A stretch of 64,000 nt of DNA from Histomonas meleagridis 2922-C6/04-290x (taxonomy: Eukaryota > Protista > Parabasalia): positions 62,001 through 126,000 of the forward strand of contig JAANOX010000047.1 of assembly GCA_020184695.1 (NCBI GenBank), read 5' to 3'. Positions 32,052 through 41,141 of the stretch are shown here, piece after piece. The notes beneath the pieces were generated by a model. The model searched no databases and was not told the origin of the DNA. It saw only the letters and a program-made list of their open reading frames with translations. Position numbers and translations under genes: made by a program. The first letter of the stretch is position 1. Every line of letters starts with the position of its first letter.

Positions 32052-33422
32052 TTACATACGAGCAGCCATTAGCATTGGCCAATGTTTAGATTGACACTGT
32101 CTACTACAATAACATTCTTCTATTTCACCATCCTCTGTTCTTGATACCAAAGGGTACAACAAAGGAATTCTACACTTTGCGCATCTATGCAAATGCAGTC
32201 CAGTCACTGATTCACCAGCGCCCTCATTCGTTATCCTAAAGAATGAGAATTGTCTGTGTTCGCAACCATTTAATTCCTTCATTTCATTACATAAGTCTTG
32301 TACATTTATTACATGTAATTCACAACTTTCATTAATGAAGAAATTAGTAAATGATTTTGTCTCTTCAAAAAATATAATTTTCGAAGATTCGTTCTGTGGA
32401 CAAAATGAAATAGATTTCATTCGATGTTCAATAATTCCTTCATTTCCAATTAGATAAAATGAAGAATTATTTGTTTGTGGCGCTTTACCCCATTTAGCTG
32501 ATATAAATTCGCCAATGGAATCTGCTATGAAATTATGTTGTATAACACTTTTCTCTTTGATCTCCCAGACACAAGCAAGCTGATGTTGTTCTAAAGAGAT
32601 AAAAAGACCTAAAAGATTACTGTTATCACAAAATTTAACACTGCGAATAAAAGCGGGTATTGTAAAGCTAAAAGTGACGTTTGCCCATTGATCGTCATCT
32701 TTGAGTACCCAAAGTGCAATGTCTGGAAATTCATCATCAGACCAAGTGGCAAAGGCATAACGAGAATTGCAGTCAGGTGAACTAATAATGTGATCCATCT
32801 TTCGTGTATGACTTCCAACAAATGAAAATTTTGGAATAAGTCGATGTTGGATCTTACGTGGAATGTTTTGGGGAAGTGTAAGAATTGAAACAAAGCCTGA
32901 AAGAAGTCGTGGTAATGAATAAATAATTCGTTCAGTGGGATGAATTGTCATTGATGAAATGGCAAGAAGAGAGTCTGTGTAGATGAGTGTAAGTTTATAG
33001 GAATCTGGAGTTGGATCAATTTGGAATAAGCCATATGAAGGAATATTTTCATGCTTAATTCCAGCGATAAGTAACAATGTATTATTTTTTGATAGTTGAG
33101 CGTACATAATATCTGTATCTTCACATGGATCAAAAATGTATAGGCAACGGGGATCCTTAACAGTTGATGAAAATGCAACTATATCATCAAAATTAAGTGA
33201 TGTACCAAAGTTGCTTTTTAATGACTTAGCTGATACTTGTGTTGTGTCATCAATCATTTCTTGTGTAGGTGAACTAAATATATAATCATTTCGATCTTCT
33301 TTAAGTTGAAATAAAAATATTTCCCCTGAACTGAAAATACTTAAAATATGCTCCGGGTTTCTGTCTTTAGTTTGATTATATGCAAATGATTCGAAGAAAA
33401 TTGGGCGCTTTCTTCCTATCAT
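32052..33422 (-). CDS. WD40-like beta-propeller protein with a C-terminal MYND/TRASH-like Zn finger (paralog B)
   Basis: VGSHTRKMDH..ATWSDD..IALW; TGLHLHRCAKC..CYCSRQCQSKHW. Confidence 0.75.
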   Translation of the reverse strand: MIGRKRPIFFESFAYNQTKDRNPEHILSIFSSGEIFLFQLKEDRNDYIFSSPTQEMIDDTTQVSAKSLKSNFGTSLNFDDIVAFSSTVKDPRCLYIFDPCEDTDIMYAQLSKNNTLLLIAGIKHENIPSYGLFQIDPTPDSYKLTLIYTDSLLAISSMTIHPTERIIYSLPRLLSGFVSILTLPQNIPRKIQHRLIPKFSFVGSHTRKMDHIISSPDCNSRYAFATWSDDEFPDIALWVLKDDDQWANVTFSFTIPAFIRSVKFCDNSNLLGLFISLEQHQLACVWEIKEKSVIQHNFIADSIGEFISAKWGKAPQTNNSSFYLIGNEGIIEHRMKSISFCPQNESSKIIFFEETKSFTNFFINESCELHVINVQDLCNEMKELNGCEHRQFSFFRITNEGAGESVTGLHLHRCAKCRIPLLYPLVSRTEDGEIEECYCSRQCQSKHWPMLMAARM

Positions 33423-34045
33423 TAAAGAACGATCATTTTAAACACAAATCCTATTTCTAAAACCAAAGCTATTTCTTAAATCCAACCCAAAAAGCATCTA
33501 ATATGGTTAAAGGATTGTGCTAAACTTACCTTAAGAATTATGTTTAATAACATGAACAAAAAAAAATAGTTCAAAGATAATTTATTCAAATGATATTTAT
33601 ATTGATGACGTTTTGTTATATATATATAGCATGTGTTGCTTATTGAGTTCATGATAAATTTGCTTGCTTATTACTTTTCCTCTTTTCATTCTGGTAATTT
33701 TTCAAAAAATTCTACATTATAATAAAGGAGAGCAATGGAATAACACTAGTAAAGGCTCTTTGAAGGACACAACAATGAAAACCCCAATCGTTACAAAGTC
33801 TTTATTATTCATTATTTAATTCGCATTTATTCGAATAAACTTTAGCGAAACAATTTTAGCAAAAATTTTTAATAACGACTTCTAATTGGTATTTTATTAT
33901 GGAAACAATGAACTATAGTTAAAGGGAACGTTCGGGTTTATGATAAAAAATAACAGTTATTTTTTGTCGATGTTTCAATTGGCTGGAAAACCGGCGGGCC
34001 ATGGTTGAAAAATTGAATGAAATTTGGTCTTTCATCTCACTTTCC

Positions 34046-34477
34046 ATGAAGGACGGAAGAATCGAACACGCAAAGAGCTTCAGCCCAGAAGAACTTCAAG
34101 AAGTCAAGGAAATTTTCATGGGCATGGATGCTGACGGAAATGGAGTTCTCGATAGAGAAGAAATGAGCGAATTCCTTACAAAATTAGATATGGAAGGAGA
34201 ATTAGCTGACTTAATGTTCGCTATCTATGACCATGATGGAAATGGCGTTCTTGACTTCGACGAATTCTGCCATTTTGCAAAAGACATGATGCAGACATCT
34301 GAAAATCCATTATACTTCGTAGGCGTTTTGTTTTCAGCTTTGGATACAGACAAGTCAGGTGCACTCTCTGGTGACGAACTTGCTCGTTTCCTTAAATTAT
34401 TAGGAATCAACTCTAATCCAGAAGACTTCGGAGACAAGGAAATCACCCTTGCAGAATTCCTCACAATCCTTTCCTAA
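34046..34477 (+). CDS. EF-hand calcium-binding protein (calmodulin/calcineurin-B-like)
   Basis: DADGNGVLDREE, DHDGNGVLDFDE and DTDKSGALSGDE loops. ATG 34046 follows an Inr; the upstream ATG at 34001 is possible. Confidence 0.93.
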   Translation: MKDGRIEHAKSFSPEELQEVKEIFMGMDADGNGVLDREEMSEFLTKLDMEGELADLMFAIYDHDGNGVLDFDEFCHFAKDMMQTSENPLYFVGVLFSALDTDKSGALSGDELARFLKLLGINSNPEDFGDKEITLAEFLTILS

Positions 34478-35092
34478 ATCAGAGTTTTGGGATAATTAAA
34501 AAAGTCAAGTTATCGATTTCATTCTTTATGATCAGGTCTCATTAATTAAGTGATATTCAGTTTAATGGGGTTTGATTTTCTGTGTAAAATCCAACTAATG
34601 CAAGCCACATATGTGACATTCCCAAAATTGTTTGTCCAAAATATTTTCTCCACAACATTGTAACATCACGATATTTCATTTGTTTCAACGTTGTACAAGT
34701 TTAAATTTTCTTTATGAACATCAAAAATTGGGAGCTAAAATTGAGTCAGAGATTTTCTTTATCTAATAGAATTCTTACAGACCAAAAGAAAGAAATTCAT
34801 TTTCAAAATTGTTTTAGTAAAATATCTTAAAATAAATATATTATACATTATGATCAAATTAAAATTAAAAAATACATAATTATTGATACCTTTTCGGGTG
34901 AAATTTTTTTGAGTATTACTAAAAACCATCAAGTGGAACCTCGCTATTTTAACACATATGAACATAGAAGCAAGAATTAATTGGCGTTGGAAATTAACTT
35001 TTTGTGAGGAAACAGAGTGTGGGAGATGAAAGAACCTCACTTTTTATCTGTAAACGTAACTTTCTGAAAAAGTCAATCGATGGAAAAATTGA

Positions 35093-38000
35093 ATGCAGGC
35101 CCAAAAAATACCCATGCCACAAAAATCGACCTTAAAGCAATCATTTATGGGTGATGATGATGATATGGTCGAAAACGCAGAAGATGACAATGTTAATGTT
35201 GAAAAAGAACCTTTAGTTTTTAAAATTGAAAAATTTTTTGTCATCCTAGACATAATTCCAATAATAGCATGGGGAATATCTGCAACATTTGGGTCATTAA
35301 CAAATTCCATTGTAAACATTCTTTTTATGTTATTTTATTCAGTTTCAATTAATTCACCAAGAACTGTTACAAACCTTACAAAATTTTCTCCATCTTTAGT
35401 TGCAATTTTATCATTAGTTTATTCAGTAATTTTTATTGCTGGATATCTAGGTCTTCATTTATACACAAAATCTCATCCCATTTCTTCTCCAAAAATTCTT
35501 GAATATTTTGATCTTTTCACATACCAACAGCGCCAATGGCTACCTCCGATATTCTTTTCTACTATTGCAGTTTTAGTTGTTGATATTTTATTTTTAATTA
35601 TCTGGAGCAATGTTAATATGAAATGGTTCAAAAAAGCTAAAGCATCAGTATTATATATATTCCAAAAATCCATAAGTCTTTATTTTTTATTTTTCTTATC
35701 AATTTGTGTATCAATATCAAATCACAAATATCTTCTTGTTGCACATTTTATTTTTATTATTTTTTGTATATTATATGGACTTATCACGAAATACTTAAAC
35801 CCTACTTTAGTTATGATATTTTGGAATGTTTTTATTGTTTTAATTTTTGCTTTTTATGTTGTTATTAGTTCAGATCTTATTATTAAATTTGAATCCAAAG
35901 TCATCACTAAACCTATACGAGTTTTGACGACATATATTTGTGCATATTTTGCGTCAATTTTTTGTGCATGTAATCGAAAAGGATATGTTTCACCAATTCG
36001 ATTATTCAGTAAAGCGAATTACCCATTTTTTATACGAATTATAAGTCCATTTTGTATATTAATACTTTCATTTTATTTTTGTTTAGATAATCTTACATGG
36101 ATATCATTTGCATCATTTTGTATAACATCATTAACAGCAATGTTTGGTATTAAGTTTCTTGTAAGAACTTCACCAATAGTATTTGTAGTAAATCTTTTAT
36201 TAATCCTTTCACAAGTATGCATGCAACATTTTGTAAAAGGATATAATTTTACTTCTGAAATTGAACAAATTATTTTTTATATTGTAATTGCAGTTTCATC
36301 ATTCCTTATGAATGGATTACAATCAAATAATGAAATTAACTTTGCAAATAGAGATCCAAATTCACTATTTGTCAAAGCACAAAGCATTTTTAGTACAATT
36401 TTTGTTATTGTTCTATTTTGTTATGCAGCATTATTTGCAGCGAAATATTCTGTTTTGGTTATAACAATTCCGATAATTTTCCTGATAATAATTGGAATTT
36501 TCGGTCAATATAAACAATATATATTTTCATTTATTATGATTATTACTAACATTGCTTCATTATCACAAATGATTATTTGTTTATTAATTCGTAATAAAAT
36601 AATTAAAATGAATTTGAATATATATAAAATATTATTTATTAATAATGTTGATCCAAATAATAATAATATATCGAAAGATCTTGAACCTATTATAATAATA
36701 TATAGTTTAAGTTTTGTTTGTAGATCAATTTTTACTATTCCAAAGAATTTTATAATATCATTTTTGAACTCAATAATTTATCCAATTTTAGTTATTTGTT
36801 CATTTATATTTTCTAATAATTCAATATTTAAATTCATTTATTTATTAATATTTGTATTTTATTTGTTTTCATTATCTCATGTATATCTAAAACGTAAAAA
36901 TATTTTGATGATAATATATTTAGTAATTGCTATTGTTCATTTAATATGTAATATTATATATAATTTCGAATATTTTAGAAATGCATTTCCTTATGAACGT
37001 ATTTTAATCATTTTTGGATTTCCTAAAAATGGTGGAAAAGTTAATAATATTTCTGATTGTATTATCTTAACATTAATTATATTTACGACAACATTTTGTT
37101 TTACATTTGATAAAGAAAATGCATTTAATTCTAATATGATATTTCATACCAAAGTTTTCAATAATTTACGTTCATTTTTCCATACATTTGCGTTTTATTT
37201 CTTAGTAATTGCTATTTTCTTATCAACTATTATAAGTAATGCTACATTTATTAATATTACATTATTTATAGTTTTAGGATTTCAACGAATATTTTCTAAA
37301 GATAGTCATATTTTAGGAGGAATATTCTTTGTAGTATATTTAATTGCATTACTTTTCCAAATTATTATTTCATTAATTCCAATTTCTTCAACTTTCCTTA
37401 CAATTGTTACATATATTGGACCTTCTGTTGATAGTGAATTATCTAATTTAGCAAATATTTTAATTATATTTTCTGCTTTCCATTTAGCTAAAAATGAATT
37501 TATTGAACCATTAAAATTAAATGAATTTGTTATACAAATATTACAACGTAATATTTCATTTTTACTTTATATTACATTAGCTATTTCATGTCTATGTTCT
37601 TCCGGAAATATAATTGCGCCAATTTCAGGTATTATACTTTTAATATTAATATTAAAGAAAAAAATATCAAAACCTTTTGCATCAGTATTAAATATTTTAA
37701 TGACATTAATGATTGCAATTGTATTAGTTTTCTCAATAATAAAAATTATGGAACCTACAGATTATAGTAATTACTTTTTAATTACAAATGCTTCAAAGAT
37801 GTCAATATTTCATTTGTTTTTGCATTTATTTTCTACATTAATTATATTGGAATTTGGTATAGATCAAAATCCTGGTTTTGGTGAAACTATATTAACAGCA
37901 TATGCATTTACAATATTTTCGCCAATTATTTTAATACTTTCATTTTCTATTCATGATTATGCTATGTTAATTCATGTCATTTTCTGGGGATTTATAATTC

Positions 38001-40951
38001 TTTATTCATTTTATCAATGGAAACCTTTTACAAAATGTATTTCATATTGTTTAGCGTATGTTATATTAATATTTTTAATGGCGTCATTAAGAAAGGCGCC
38101 ATTTTTCACTAAATCAAAATCATTTGTTGAGATATTATTTGATTCTTCAGATGGAAGTATATCTAAATGGATTATTTTATTTACATTTGAAATATTATTA
38201 GTAAAAATACTTGAAACTAAAGATTATACAGAAGTTCAAAATCGACAAGAAAAACGAAGAGAATTTCGGAATAAAAGATTAGAAATATTTCGGAAAATAT
38301 ATGATAAAGATGAAGAATTTATTAAATTATATTTTAATGATCGTTTAGAATATCTTCAAAGTAATTCTACTGAATTAACTGTTTCTTCTACTTATGTTCC
38401 ACATCCAGTAACCAAAGAAGAACTTGAAGAATTAGATCAATTTTATTCAAATAATCCAAATATAAATATAAATAATAATAATAATAATGTACAAGTTTCA
38501 TTAGGTGTTAAAATACTTCAAGCTATTTATAATGCATTAAAATCATTTTGGTTTTGGTTAGTACAAAAATTTATTGCACTCTTTGTGTATTTGACTGATA
38601 TTAATTTAGAAAATGGTATATCAATACCTGCGTTAGAAAAATTTTATCAATTTTATTGTGATACTATTGATTATTTTGATATGCATCGAAAAATTATGGT
38701 ACCACCACAATGGGTTGAATATTCTAAAACGATTCCTTATTCATTTACGTTTCATTTACGATTAATACGTCGATTACATTTATATAAGAATTCTAATTTA
38801 AGTTATCTTTTATTATTAAAGAAATATGTTACATTATTTTTACGTAAATGTTTTCCTACAATATTAATTATTTTAATATTATTTACTCCATTTATTCAAC
38901 CATCATTAATAACAATTGGATATTTATTAATAACTTATATTTCTATATCAATGAAAATTACTGCATATAAACAATATATGTATTATACTATATTTGTAAT
39001 GTTATATCGATTTATTGTACAACTTCCAGGAATTAATTCATTAATCGAGAATTCAGCTATGGCTGTTTTACAATCACAACAAAAGTTATCAATATTACAA
39101 GTATTTGGATTATCTAAATTTGATAATAATTTTATATATGATTCACTTATAGTATTATTTTCCATTTTCTCTGTTGTATCACAACATAATCATCCATCAA
39201 TGAAAAATGTTGAAAAAGGTACAAATCGAATTGAAAAATTATTTTCAAGATTTACTAAATATTCTTCTTATAAAATACCATTAGCAGAATGGATATTATT
39301 TATCGATTTCATAGCATTTTTAGTATTAATATTATCTTATGGTTCATGGAATACTTTAGGATCTGGAATATTTAGTATGGTAACAGGTTCATCACCAGTT
39401 TCACCATTTTTCGTTGCATATTTATTATTACATTTTTGTTTTATGATATTAATATATATTTGTTTCTCATCACAAAATCATTTATTATCATTTATTTTTA
39501 CTACGTTATCTGCTGTTTTTTCATTGTGTATGAATTTCTTTGCACTCCCATTAAATTGTCCAAATTGTTGGAATAATGCTTCATTTAAATTCTTTGTTTT
39601 TTTAAGAGTATTTGATCAACTTTTAATGTGTCTCCAATTTACGATCGGCTTTTTACATGAGCCACCATTATTCTCTAATAAGAAACCATTAGTCACATAT
39701 ATATTAGAATTATTATATTTAAATATACCATTTGTATTACCAATATTCGCTACTATTAAATGGGTATCGAAACCTACATCAATATCATTATTTAATTCAC
39801 TTTTACTTCAACATTTAAAGAGCACATTAAAGAAGCAAAAAGCTTCAAATAAAATTTTACCACCTGAAAAATCTACGTCTAAAGTTCCTGGTGCAATCTT
39901 TTTGATATTAATGATAGCGATATTATTTGTACCATTAATGTTATTATCATCATCGAATCAAACTTCACATTCGAATTCTGCTACAATGGTTTCAGCACAT
40001 TTTGGTATTTCAGGTTTACCTAATTTTTATGAGAATCAAATCACAGGCACTACATTAACATTAGAAGATCAAATTGAAATAAGTCAACTTTCTGATCCAT
40101 TATTATTACAATTTTATTCAACAAATGTTGAACAAAATCAATACATTGATTTCTCATTTGGTTCAATGAATCAATGGATAGCTACACCTGATTCGATTAA
40201 CTTAGCAATCGAAACATTATCATCGAATACAACTAATGTAACACCATTTGGTACATTATCATTTACATTTAAATATGCAACGACATCAAATAAAGCTCAA
40301 TCAGTTGTATTAAATATATTTAGTCAGAAATTAACAGAAGAACAAAAACTTAATTTAACTAAAGCTTTAAGTAATGATGGCGATGATCAAATAATATTCA
40401 TTAAAAACTTTATACCAATGTTCATAACTATACCTTATGATAGTTTAGCAACTTATGTTGATAAATATTATTATGACGCAACATTTAAGATGCAATATGA
40501 AAATAATGAAAAATATTGGGAATTATCAACTTCAATTAATCGAACTGATTTGCCTAAAATGTTCCTAAATAGAGATAATAAAACAAGAATTGTCGTATGG
40601 AGTCAACCTGTACTTGATGCATTACTCGGATCAATATTAAGTAACGCTGGTGGTACGATAATTGGTTTATACGCTTTCATTATAGTAACAATCGGTCATT
40701 CTTTCGTAACAAAATGGGTGGCGGACTTGTTCACGACGCTTTGGGTGTCGAGAATGCATGATCCAATGAAAATATTAAATATTTTGATGGCAATCGACGC
40801 TTATCAAATGTCAAACGATTTGGATAATGAATTTAAATTGGCTGAAATGTTGTTGGAAAACTTAAGATCAACGCAGAGAGTTATACAACTGACAGATATT
40901 ACAAGAAATAAGCAAAATGATGATGGTAATGACCCAATGAATATGGTGTAA
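35093..40951 (+). CDS. PIEZO: Piezo-type mechanosensitive ion channel
   Basis: 1952 aa with many TM helices, PFxx(E)x6W-type anchor motif followed by TSISL, outer helix/cap, IIGLYAFIIV inner helix, and a C-terminal KLAEMLLENLRS matching the Piezo KLIFLYRS region. Confidence 0.9.
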   Translation: MQAQKIPMPQKSTLKQSFMGDDDDMVENAEDDNVNVEKEPLVFKIEKFFVILDIIPIIAWGISATFGSLTNSIVNILFMLFYSVSINSPRTVTNLTKFSPSLVAILSLVYSVIFIAGYLGLHLYTKSHPISSPKILEYFDLFTYQQRQWLPPIFFSTIAVLVVDILFLIIWSNVNMKWFKKAKASVLYIFQKSISLYFLFFLSICVSISNHKYLLVAHFIFIIFCILYGLITKYLNPTLVMIFWNVFIVLIFAFYVVISSDLIIKFESKVITKPIRVLTTYICAYFASIFCACNRKGYVSPIRLFSKANYPFFIRIISPFCILILSFYFCLDNLTWISFASFCITSLTAMFGIKFLVRTSPIVFVVNLLLILSQVCMQHFVKGYNFTSEIEQIIFYIVIAVSSFLMNGLQSNNEINFANRDPNSLFVKAQSIFSTIFVIVLFCYAALFAAKYSVLVITIPIIFLIIIGIFGQYKQYIFSFIMIITNIASLSQMIICLLIRNKIIKMNLNIYKILFINNVDPNNNNISKDLEPIIIIYSLSFVCRSIFTIPKNFIISFLNSIIYPILVICSFIFSNNSIFKFIYLLIFVFYLFSLSHVYLKRKNILMIIYLVIAIVHLICNIIYNFEYFRNAFPYERILIIFGFPKNGGKVNNISDCIILTLIIFTTTFCFTFDKENAFNSNMIFHTKVFNNLRSFFHTFAFYFLVIAIFLSTIISNATFINITLFIVLGFQRIFSKDSHILGGIFFVVYLIALLFQIIISLIPISSTFLTIVTYIGPSVDSELSNLANILIIFSAFHLAKNEFIEPLKLNEFVIQILQRNISFLLYITLAISCLCSSGNIIAPISGIILLILILKKKISKPFASVLNILMTLMIAIVLVFSIIKIMEPTDYSNYFLITNASKMSIFHLFLHLFSTLIILEFGIDQNPGFGETILTAYAFTIFSPIILILSFSIHDYAMLIHVIFWGFIILYSFYQWKPFTKCISYCLAYVILIFLMASLRKAPFFTKSKSFVEILFDSSDGSISKWIILFTFEILLVKILETKDYTEVQNRQEKRREFRNKRLEIFRKIYDKDEEFIKLYFNDRLEYLQSNSTELTVSSTYVPHPVTKEELEELDQFYSNNPNININNNNNNVQVSLGVKILQAIYNALKSFWFWLVQKFIALFVYLTDINLENGISIPALEKFYQFYCDTIDYFDMHRKIMVPPQWVEYSKTIPYSFTFHLRLIRRLHLYKNSNLSYLLLLKKYVTLFLRKCFPTILIILILFTPFIQPSLITIGYLLITYISISMKITAYKQYMYYTIFVMLYRFIVQLPGINSLIENSAMAVLQSQQKLSILQVFGLSKFDNNFIYDSLIVLFSIFSVVSQHNHPSMKNVEKGTNRIEKLFSRFTKYSSYKIPLAEWILFIDFIAFLVLILSYGSWNTLGSGIFSMVTGSSPVSPFFVAYLLLHFCFMILIYICFSSQNHLLSFIFTTLSAVFSLCMNFFALPLNCPNCWNNASFKFFVFLRVFDQLLMCLQFTIGFLHEPPLFSNKKPLVTYILELLYLNIPFVLPIFATIKWVSKPTSISLFNSLLLQHLKSTLKKQKASNKILPPEKSTSKVPGAIFLILMIAILFVPLMLLSSSNQTSHSNSATMVSAHFGISGLPNFYENQITGTTLTLEDQIEISQLSDPLLLQFYSTNVEQNQYIDFSFGSMNQWIATPDSINLAIETLSSNTTNVTPFGTLSFTFKYATTSNKAQSVVLNIFSQKLTEEQKLNLTKALSNDGDDQIIFIKNFIPMFITIPYDSLATYVDKYYYDATFKMQYENNEKYWELSTSINRTDLPKMFLNRDNKTRIVVWSQPVLDALLGSILSNAGGTIIGLYAFIIVTIGHSFVTKWVADLFTTLWVSRMHDPMKILNILMAIDAYQMSNDLDNEFKLAEMLLENLRSTQRVIQLTDITRNKQNDDGNDPMNMV

Positions 40952-41141
40952 ATTTAAATATATTTTAAATTTTTTTGTTCACAAATTAAATAAAAATTAA
41001 ATTCAAATATTATTTTTAAATTTCTACTTATAACCATGAAAAATAACATTTTTATGTATAAAAAAAATTTTCGAAAAGGAAATAAATTTATAATTTACTT
41101 AAATCTTATGAAAAAAATTATATATTTACATTAATGATTAG

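Noticed and set aside
34759-35319. Minus-strand ORFs 34759-35040 and 35044-35319
   Set aside because: No recognisable motifs; they overlap the promoter and 5' end of Piezo and are probably spurious.
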